Below are positions 20,499 through 27,645 of a stretch of DNA of 64,000 nucleotides, piece after piece. The notes beneath the pieces are model-generated. The model worked only from the letters and a program-made list of their open reading frames with translations. It made no database searches and was not told the origin of the DNA. Every line of letters starts with the position of its first letter. Position 1 is the first letter of the stretch. Source of the DNA: an uncultured virus (IMG/VR IMGVR_UViG_3300024999_000005). Lineage: Duplodnaviria > Heunggongvirae > Uroviricota > Caudoviricetes. The stretch lies in IMG/VR virus record IMGVR_UViG_3300024999_000005; one strand, 5' to 3'. The position numbers and the translations under genes were made by a program.

Positions 20499-20885
20499 TC
20501 AATCCGTCAAGGCTCCATAATTAAAACCGTTATCGTATGGAAAATTATTGTCACATAAAGCATGAATATTCCAATAAGACCACATATACTGATCTGTTCT
20601 GATAGTCCAACCAGTTTCATTCTGATTAAATTTATGTGAGAAGTGATAAACCAAAAGGTCTTTATGGTTGTGCTCCTTCTCTTTAATAGTTACAGTAATC
20701 GGCACTATCTGACATTTGCGACCGTGCTTGTTGAAATCAACAGCAGCGTCTTTTGCATCTTCTATGTTGCGGTATTTTACTAACCTTTGAATGTCGGTTT
20801 GCGGCAATGATAACGGGTAATTTATTGTGCGATACGTCCCATCATCAAACCTAATTGCGAAAAAATCCTGTTCAAATATTGCCAA
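20499..20885 (-). CDS. Hypothetical early protein
   Basis: 128-aa ORF with a GGGAG RBS. Confidence 0.55.
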   Translation of the reverse strand: MAIFEQDFFAIRFDDGTYRTINYPLSLPQTDIQRLVKYRNIEDAKDAAVDFNKHGRKCQIVPITVTIKEKEHNHKDLLVYHFSHKFNQNETGWTIRTDQYMWSYWNIHALCDNNFPYDNGFNYGALTD

Positions 20886-20898
20886 TCATATCAACTCC

Positions 20899-21084
20899 CT
20901 AAAACGGTAAATCATCCTTCTCCTCGCTACGCGGGATGCACTCATTCGGACAAAACTCCATATCGTCCATGGTGTCTCGCTCAATCAAGTTGCCTGCAGC
21001 GTGGTCATATGCCGTGGTGGGCACCCAAGCCCATTGCATTTCGGCCCCGCACATATCACATTTACGCTGCTGCTGTGCTGTCAC
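20899..21084 (-). CDS. Small Zn-ribbon protein with a DDLPF tail
   Basis: CDMC...CPNEC; SSB-like DDLPF C-terminus. Confidence 0.55.
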   Translation of the reverse strand: MTAQQQRKCDMCGAEMQWAWVPTTAYDHAAGNLIERDTMDDMEFCPNECIPRSEEKDDLPF

Positions 21085-21253
21085 TAGCCTCAGCCTCCAC
21101 CGCCTTGATAGCTCTTTCCATGTCCCCGACTATCCCGCCTAGGCTTGACGCTAAACCAGCGTCTATCGCCCACAACGTACCATTCTGAAAAAGTCTCAAT
21201 CTGGACATGATTTCCTTTAGCTCGTCCAATTGATTTTCACCCCGCTTTGGTTC

Positions 21254-21556
21254 TCAGAGAAATAAACCATTAACTTGTACCACTTCAACCTCGTCCACCT
21301 CCTCCTCGTCTGTATCCCCGATAAGTAGGCTCCAGTACTCGTCATACTTCTGGATCAAACCCTTTACACCGTACCTAACGGCCATTAGCTTCCAAGCCTC
21401 AATCCACCCAACGGCTAAGCCCCTGTAATACTCTCTATCAAGCCAATTAGCTCCGGCCCGATGATACTCTGCTACGCTGCTCCTGATTTTCTGGTCTAAC
21501 TTGTCTAGAATCTTTCTGTTTCGCCCTCTCCTAGCCCTCAGACAAATCACCTCCAC
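21254..21556 (-). CDS. Hypothetical early protein
   Basis: 100-aa ORF. Confidence 0.55.
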   Translation of the reverse strand: MEVICLRARRGRNRKILDKLDQKIRSSVAEYHRAGANWLDREYYRGLAVGWIEAWKLMAVRYGVKGLIQKYDEYWSLLIGDTDEEEVDEVEVVQVNGLFL

Positions 21557-21574
21557 TCAAAATAATTTCAAAAG

Positions 21575-21613
21575 TGTGGCGACGTTCACATTGTTTTTGT
21601 GGCGACGCTCACA
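21575..21613. repeat. Two 16-bp near-identical TGTGG-N6-TCACA boxes (regulator sites)
   Basis: tgtggcgacgttcaca 21575-21590 and tgtggcgacgctcaca 21598-21613. Confidence 0.7.
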
Positions 21614-21652
21614 GACTTATTTTTTATATTGTGATAAATTGTAGTCGTGAGA

Positions 21653-21958
21653 CTACTCTGACTGAGCTTCCCACAGCGCACGATACTCGCTGTAGATTTC
21701 TTCTGTGTTGGGTAGCTCGAAGTGATTTGCCGCAGCGTACCATGACCGCACCGAGCCTATTAGTTCGCCGCGATGGACATCGTCCATTGATTCAGATTTT
21801 ATCTTGGCCCAACTGTCGGCACTTAACATAATGGTGAAATGCAACATATCGAATAATCGTCTGGTTTCAAAATCTAGGGTGTTATTTTCAATCGAATAGC
21901 CTGTCCTATCGAATATGCTAGTTTGCACTACTTGCGGTATTTGTGGCAATGTCTGCAC
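21653..21958 (-). CDS. Hypothetical early protein
   Basis: ORF with an AAGGAGGTG RBS. Confidence 0.6.
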   Translation of the reverse strand: MQTLPQIPQVVQTSIFDRTGYSIENNTLDFETRRLFDMLHFTIMLSADSWAKIKSESMDDVHRGELIGSVRSWYAAANHFELPNTEEIYSEYRALWEAQSE

Positions 21959-22130
21959 CTCCTTTCGCCCTCATAGCTAGAATTTGCAGGTGCTCCCTAG
22001 CTAGTGCTTGTCCGACCATTTTTTCAAACCGCCGCCACCTAGCGTTAAGCTCGGGGTCGGTAGCCCTGGCCTTGCGCAAATCTTCCTTAACCTGGGCAAG
22101 ACCTTTTTCTGAATTGAAAGTTGGTCTCAA
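21918..22130 (-). CDS. Hypothetical early protein
   Basis: AAGGAGGTG RBS with TTG start. Confidence 0.6.
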   Translation of the reverse strand: MRPTFNSEKGLAQVKEDLRKARATDPELNARWRRFEKMVGQALAREHLQILAMRAKGGADIATNTASSAN

Positions 22131-22208
22131 ATTAGCACCTCCTTTTTAACTGGCAACAGGACCACTATTTACAGCTATTATCCTGATACCAGTAGTGCTA
22201 CAATTTAA

Positions 22209-22385
22209 TTACATTACTTTTTCTGGTTCGCCACCTCGGTAAAGTATAAATATCGAGTAAGGATACTCAGCCCCGTCAGTGGCGTACTGTATGAATCTAA
22301 TGACCGGCTTTGTATTAACAATCCAATCATTTGCTTTGCGTTCCAGTTCTGCTGCGGTTTCAGCAGTTATGATTTTAACTATGAT
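22209..22385 (-). CDS. Cse60/DUF2758-like small protein with a non-canonical (ATC/ATA) start
   Basis: IIVKIITAETAAELERKANDWI...IRFIQYA...YSIFILY; GGGAG RBS 5-8 nt before ATC/ATA. Confidence 0.55.
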   Translation of the reverse strand: MIVKIITAETAAELERKANDWIVNTKPVIRFIQYATDGAEYPYSIFILYRGGEPEKVM

Positions 22386-22405
22386 GTCAGCTCCCGTGGG
22401 GCCGA

Positions 22406-22666
22406 TTAGATGGAGGTGCCAGTTGCGCTGTGGTCGCTATTTAATTTACCCTGTAAAACATGTTGAACGAGAGTGGTAAAAAAAATATCCTCCACTTTCA
22501 TATTAAAAAAATCTGCAATAGATACCATTAGCTCATCAGAAGTGCGCTTAACATGGCCTTTTTCAATGGATATAATGGTTTGTCGTGTAGTACCTATTGC
22601 TTTTGCTAACTCTTCCTGTGTTACATCTTTTGACCGTCTAATCTGACGGAGCCGGTTTCTTAACAT
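22406..22666 (-). CDS. Cro-like XRE repressor
   Basis: NRLRQIR...TQEELAKAIGTTRQTIISIEKG; divergent from CI. Confidence 0.9.
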   Translation of the reverse strand: MLRNRLRQIRRSKDVTQEELAKAIGTTRQTIISIEKGHVKRTSDELMVSIADFFNMKVEDIFFTTLVQHVLQGKLNSDHSATGTSI

Positions 22667-22797
22667 TGCCTGTCACCTCCATACCAGTATTGTAGCACAT
22701 GTTTAACAGTATGTAAAGCATGTAGAACAGATATTTCAGTCTAAACAGCTTTATTTTTTATGTCTTTTGATTTACAATTAGTAAAGCAAGGTTTACA
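22452..22797. promoter_or_regulatory. Four 18-bp operator-like imperfect palindromes of the CI/Cro switch
   Basis: tgtaaaacatgttgaacg 22452, tgtagcacatgtttaaca 22691, tgtaaagcatgtagaaca 22712, agtaaagcaaggtttaca 22780. Confidence 0.75.
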
Positions 22798-22814
22798 AGG
22801 AAGGAGGACGCATT

Positions 22815-23387
22815 ATGAGCCGATTAAGTAAACTATTGCGTGAATTACGGGGAACTACTCCCTTGCGTGATATAGCGGACAGGGCAGAGATTAGTCATAC
22901 ATACTTAAGTCTATTGGAAAAGGGTCACGATCCCCGTAGTGGAAAAGAGATAAAACCATCTGCCGACATCCTGCAAAAATTGTCAAATGTATATAATTAC
23001 CCATACGAAACACTGCTAAAAGCGGCAGGATACATACCAGAGATAGATAATAATAGAATAGACCTCTTAGATATCTTTGAAGGAAACCCAAATAATATTA
23101 CGGTAGCCGGAAAACCTATCGCTCCTGACAAGAGGCTAAAAATATTAAAAATACTGGATGAAGAAAAAACAGACAATGTATGTGTTGCCGAAAAAGGAGT
23201 TGCATACAATCCTACAGAAGTTAAACAACAAAGAAAAAAAGTAGATCTCAGCGACATGGTCATAGCTGCAGAAGCCGAGGGCTACATAGAAATGACGCCT
23301 ATCTCCGACGAACTAAGGGAAATACTCGAAAGAATCGTTGGTGACGTGATAGACCAGCGAGAAAGAGAAAGAAATAATAAGACCTAA
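22815..23387 (+). CDS. CI/ImmR-like XRE immunity repressor
   Basis: LRELRG...LRDIADRAEISHTYLSLLEKG...KPS...L. Confidence 0.9.
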   Translation: MSRLSKLLRELRGTTPLRDIADRAEISHTYLSLLEKGHDPRSGKEIKPSADILQKLSNVYNYPYETLLKAAGYIPEIDNNRIDLLDIFEGNPNNITVAGKPIAPDKRLKILKILDEEKTDNVCVAEKGVAYNPTEVKQQRKKVDLSDMVIAAEAEGYIEMTPISDELREILERIVGDVIDQRERERNNKT

Positions 23388-23480
23388 AATAACTACCCTA
23401 CACGGTAGTTATAATATTTTTAGGATCATTCGACAAAATACGAGTTTTTGTGACTAAATAACACCTGTGAGGATATTTAT

Positions 23481-24002
23481 ATGCACAAAAAAATGCTATT
23501 TATCTGGGAAAAAATCAAAGAAGAAAATATAGTAGTAAAACACGACCATATTAAGCACACCAAGGAAGGCTTAATTGGTGTTTACATATACAGGTCCGAC
23601 GCTGGACCCCTGATTGTTTTAGATAAAAGCCTACTATCTAATACGCGTCAATATAACTGCACCTTAACCCATGAGGTTGCCCACCACTTCACCGGCGCGA
23701 GGACGAACTTTCTTTATGCCAGCGTTGGTTATACGACTGAAATAGAAAGATCCCGTGATGAACGCCGAGCGATGAAGTGGGCTGCTAATGCATTAATGCC
23801 GAATGCAGAAGTATACGCCGCAATCAAAAGGCACGGCATTAAAAACCCGCAGGAATTAGCAGAATTTTTTGAAGTTACAGCCTCTTTTTGTATGGCGAAG
23901 TTGACATTTCTGAAGCAGGAGCTTAGGGAATACGGGATTAGAATAAAGGGAAGGCAGGTGTTTAATCTAGACCTGTGGACTTCAAGTATGTTAGAGCAAT
24001 AA
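23481..24002 (+). CDS. ImmA/IrrE-family metalloprotease (anti-repressor)
   Basis: LTHEVAHH, E.RA..WAANALMP, ELAEFFEVT. Confidence 0.9.
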   Translation: MHKKMLFIWEKIKEENIVVKHDHIKHTKEGLIGVYIYRSDAGPLIVLDKSLLSNTRQYNCTLTHEVAHHFTGARTNFLYASVGYTTEIERSRDERRAMKWAANALMPNAEVYAAIKRHGIKNPQELAEFFEVTASFCMAKLTFLKQELREYGIRIKGRQVFNLDLWTSSMLEQ

Positions 24003-24021
24003 TCAGGAGGAAGGTGCTACC

Positions 24022-24606
24022 GTGCTTAAGAATTGCTTAAAGACTGTCACCCTTTTAATTATTTTGAGTATGGCTATTTTGCTTACTGGGTGCGGCGAGG
24101 AGTCAAGTATAGATACCAAACTAACTCAGGAAAAGTCCATTAAAGAAACCAAGGAACAATCAGCTAAATTTGTTAGGTCATTTATTTTAGTAGACAAAGT
24201 GCTATCTAAGCAACAGAAGCAAGTAACCGAAGTTGTTCAAGCCATCGCCTCCGGAAGCGTATCGTCAACAAAAGGGTACCTTCTCTTGCAGCAACTAGAA
24301 GAATCCATGACAAAGCTCTACGGTGACATAATAGTCATACCGGTTCCTGGAGATGATAAAAGCCTTAGCGACATCAAAGACGCCTACCAGTACTCTACTA
24401 TTAGTATTAAGCAATTCGCAAAGGGAGTAATGGCATATATGGACGATAATAAAACAAGTACCCTTGCCGAAGCTCAAAAATCCTTTGAAGACGGTTCAAA
24501 GCTAAAACAAATGGCAGTCATATCATTAGCAACAAAAGCCGTAGAATTAAATATAGACATAGGTCAAAATAATTCAGGAGGCGAAAATAATGAACAAAAT
24601 CAGTAA
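24022..24606 (+). CDS. Lipoprotein (possible superinfection exclusion)
   Basis: LLTGC lipobox; lies in the lysogeny operon. Confidence 0.7.
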   Translation: MLKNCLKTVTLLIILSMAILLTGCGEESSIDTKLTQEKSIKETKEQSAKFVRSFILVDKVLSKQQKQVTEVVQAIASGSVSSTKGYLLLQQLEESMTKLYGDIIVIPVPGDDKSLSDIKDAYQYSTISIKQFAKGVMAYMDDNKTSTLAEAQKSFEDGSKLKQMAVISLATKAVELNIDIGQNNSGGENNEQNQ

Positions 24607-25459
24607 AAGTAAAATTTCACTTGTTTTAATCCTCTCGCTTTTTATGCTTTTTCTGTCCGGCTGCAGCTCTACCAGCGCACCAAAAGCCGAAATCACTGAA
24701 AATATTCAGCAGACATCAGCGCAAACCAAAGACACAGATCAGTCTACTGGCAATGTGCAGATAAATAAATCCACAGGAGAACAACAAGAAGTTAAGTCAC
24801 CTATTCAACTAATCGAAACACAAGTTACCCGTGTAGTTGATGGTGACACGATCCACGCCATGGTAAACGGCAAAGATGAAGCTATACGGCTCATAGGTGT
24901 TGATACCCCAGAGACTGTAAAGCCCAATGCCCCTATTGAACCATATGGCCCGGAAGCGTCGTCCTTTACAAAGGCGCAACTAACAGGCAAAACCATTTGG
25001 ATTGAAATGGACGTTCAGGAGCGGGACAAGTATGGCAGAATGTTGGCTTATGTTTGGACTGAGCAACCAACCGAAATAAATGATACCGAAATCCAGGCAA
25101 AGATGTTCAATGCCAAACTGCTGTTAGATGGCTACGGGCAGTTGTTGACCATTGCGCCGGATGTAAAGTATGTTGACTACTTCACCAAGTACCAGACTGA
25201 ATCGAGGGAAAACAATAAAGGGCTTTGGGGAATACCAGTTACCCCGGTAGCACCAACAGTAACAAAAGATAATAAAAATGGTAGCAGTATAGTAACTAAC
25301 ACAGATAGTAAATACATGGGCAATTCCAATTCCCATAAACTGCACTTTTCTGACTGTCGTTGGGCAGAAAAAACCAGTCCAGCTAATAGGGTCTACTTTA
25401 ATACCCGAGAAGAGGCTATAAATGCTGGATACGTGCCATGCAAGGTATGTAATCCCTAA
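24590..25459 (+). CDS. Lipoprotein thermonuclease (SNase-like) with a C-terminal Ada-like Zn domain
   Basis: LSGC lipobox; RVVDGDT, IRLIGVDTPE, DKYGRMLAYV, KGLW; H..DC...GYVPCKVCNP. Confidence 0.92.
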   Translation: MNKISKSKISLVLILSLFMLFLSGCSSTSAPKAEITENIQQTSAQTKDTDQSTGNVQINKSTGEQQEVKSPIQLIETQVTRVVDGDTIHAMVNGKDEAIRLIGVDTPETVKPNAPIEPYGPEASSFTKAQLTGKTIWIEMDVQERDKYGRMLAYVWTEQPTEINDTEIQAKMFNAKLLLDGYGQLLTIAPDVKYVDYFTKYQTESRENNKGLWGIPVTPVAPTVTKDNKNGSSIVTNTDSKYMGNSNSHKLHFSDCRWAEKTSPANRVYFNTREEAINAGYVPCKVCNP

Positions 25460-25514
25460 TTCAATAAAACAGTTACCCGGTACCGACGCCGGGTATTATT
25501 TTTGAGGTGAAAAC

Positions 25515-26999
25515 ATGAAGCGCGGAGCAGTTTATATTAGGGTTTCCCACCTAAAGGATGACGGAGTAAGTCCGGAAACGCAAATGGAAAAGGCGCAACT
25601 ACAAGCAAGTCTATCCTCCATCGACATCGTGAAAGTCTATGAGGACTTGGACATATCAGGCCGATCCGCAACTAAAAGAATAGGCTTTCAGCAACTAATC
25701 GAAGACGTAAAGGGCGGTAAATATGATGTTGTCTTAGTCTACCGCCTTGATCGCTTTGCCCGAAACGTCCGCGACTTCCACCACTACGTCGAAGTCCTAG
25801 AAAAAAATAATTGTAGCCTAATATCTATCAGTCAGAGCATTGACACTGGCTCCCCCACTGGTCGCTTGCTCAGAAATATTTTGATAGACTTTGCCCAGTT
25901 TGAGTCTGAAATGATTTCCGAGCGTGTACGTGATAACATGGTCCAAAACGCCAGGCGGGGATCCTGGAACGGTGGCCAAAAGGCTTATGGCTATGACTGG
26001 GACGATGAACAAAAACTTTTAGTACCAAACGACAACGCAAAATGGGTACTGCTTATGTTCGAAGAATACGCTTCAAATCCGGGTGCAAATCGCATTCGTA
26101 ACCTTTTATATCAGAATGCCGTACAAGCCCCCTCTGACGGCAAATGGTGGGCTCCTACAACAATTCGATATATACTTAGGAACTCTGTTTACATCGGTAA
26201 AATAGAATACGCCGGTGAGGTTGTGGACGGCAAGCATCAGCCTATTATTTCTCAGGATATTTTCGATCGGGTGCAGCACCTTTTAAGCAAGAACAGCGAA
26301 ATGGCACCGCGCAGCAGGGATAGTCAGCACCTACTTTCCGGACTTTTAATTTGTCCTTACTGCGGTCGCCATCTCCAAGCTAGATTTAACGGCAAGAAAC
26401 GAATACGCCGGTATATGTGTTATACCAGGATTAACATGGGAGTTAATGAGTGCAAATGTAAAATACTTGACGCTGATAGTTTGGAAACAGAAATAATTAA
26501 TACTGTACTTACACTTGGCGATTCATTAGGCTATTTTGAGGATGCCAAACAGTCGCTAAAAGAAGTCGCGACAGCTGCAGCAGAAGAAAAGCCTATTATA
26601 GATAAAATGGAAAAAGAAAAAAGGCTTAAGAAAATAAGATCTGCCATGAAAGACTTATTTAAAGATTATTATGAAGAAAAAATTATACCACGGGAGCAAT
26701 TTATGGAAATCAATAAGCAATATCTTGAGGAAGAAAGTCAGTTAGTAAACTATTTAGAAAAGTTAGATCAGATAGATAACCATTTCGCCGCCCAAGCAGC
26801 CGACATAGATCTACTACAAAGACAGCTATCTGCTTTAAGAACAGCTTGGACGCTAATGACCTTCGAGGAAAGGAAAATGTCCCTGAGGGATATTATTAAA
26901 TCTATTTCGCCATATACTGATTATATTGAAATGGATATATTTTTTAGAAAGATAGAAATAATCCCTCAAAAGAATACTGAAACAACTATGAGCTTTTAA
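25515..26999 (+). CDS. Large serine recombinase (phage integrase)
   Basis: YIRVS catalytic motif, DLDISG, RLDRFAR, recombinase domain, LLSGLLICPYCG Zn ribbon, coiled coil. Confidence 0.96.
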   Translation: MKRGAVYIRVSHLKDDGVSPETQMEKAQLQASLSSIDIVKVYEDLDISGRSATKRIGFQQLIEDVKGGKYDVVLVYRLDRFARNVRDFHHYVEVLEKNNCSLISISQSIDTGSPTGRLLRNILIDFAQFESEMISERVRDNMVQNARRGSWNGGQKAYGYDWDDEQKLLVPNDNAKWVLLMFEEYASNPGANRIRNLLYQNAVQAPSDGKWWAPTTIRYILRNSVYIGKIEYAGEVVDGKHQPIISQDIFDRVQHLLSKNSEMAPRSRDSQHLLSGLLICPYCGRHLQARFNGKKRIRRYMCYTRINMGVNECKCKILDADSLETEIINTVLTLGDSLGYFEDAKQSLKEVATAAAEEKPIIDKMEKEKRLKKIRSAMKDLFKDYYEEKIIPREQFMEINKQYLEEESQLVNYLEKLDQIDNHFAAQAADIDLLQRQLSALRTAWTLMTFEERKMSLRDIIKSISPYTDYIEMDIFFRKIEIIPQKNTETTMSF

Positions 27000-27000
27000 A

Positions 27001-27034
27001 AGAAAAGCCCTCCTTTAACCAGGAGGGCTTTTCT
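27001..27034. terminator. Bidirectional intrinsic terminator between integrase and tRNA
   Basis: agaaaagccctcct-ttaacc-aggagggcttttct, perfect 14-bp stem. Confidence 0.9.
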
Positions 27035-27040
27035 AATGAG

Positions 27041-27115
27041 TCGGGATGACATGATTCGAACATGCGACCTCACGGTCCCGAACCGTGCGCTCTAGCCAAG
27101 CTGAGCTACATCCCG
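27041..27115 (-). tRNA. tRNA-Pro (anticodon CGG), CCA not encoded
   Basis: CGGGATG/CATCCCG acceptor stem, D-arm, CACGG-TTCGGGA-CCGTG anticodon arm, GTTCGAAT T-loop. Confidence 0.95.
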
Positions 27116-27121
27116 GGGAAT

Positions 27122-27169
27122 GGTGTCTATCGGGTGCAAATGCTCTACCAAGTCAACCCAATAGACACC
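27122..27169. other. Candidate attP of the serine integrase
   Basis: 48-bp imperfect inverted repeat (13/14 outer pairs), central dinucleotide at 27145-27146, next to the integrase. Confidence 0.7.
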
Positions 27170-27286
27170 TAAAGATCCCTTGTTTTGTGCCGCTTCCGAC
27201 GGTACTCTTATTATATCATAAATAATTTTCTCTATACCTTCCTTACCTGAACATATTTTAAGACAAAAAAAATAAACCCTTTCGGG

Positions 27287-27643
27287 TTATTTCAAGTGCT
27301 CCAATTTTTCTTTTATCTCGTTGTATGCCGATCCGTTCTCGCTGTCTGGTTTCATATCCCAGCCACGGTCATAATTTATCTCTTCCACTCCGTCCTTAGT
27401 GATCGTCAACTTTGAGATTCTTCCGTCGTCAATGCCCATGTCGCTCGGATTATCAAAAACTTTGCCTGAGAATTTATAGTCGCCATAATGACCGTTAACG
27501 TAACTATTTCTCTGTTGCTCAATTATTACCTCATTATTATCAGTAAACACGCTAACTACATTGCCGGCCGCGTTCCCCAGCGTCAGAACGCCGCAAAGTA
27601 TTAATCCTATAATTTTTGTCGCAGCGGGTACTTGTATGAGCAT
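27287..27643 (-). CDS. Secreted or membrane-anchored protein
   Basis: N-terminal hydrophobic segment; C-terminal INYDRGWD motif. Confidence 0.6.
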   Translation of the reverse strand: MLIQVPAATKIIGLILCGVLTLGNAAGNVVSVFTDNNEVIIEQQRNSYVNGHYGDYKFSGKVFDNPSDMGIDDGRISKLTITKDGVEEINYDRGWDMKPDSENGSAYNEIKEKLEHLK

Positions 27644-27645
27644 TA

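Noticed and set aside
27122..27169. Second tRNA or terminator
   Set aside because: No cloverleaf and no U-tract; its size and symmetry fit an att site better
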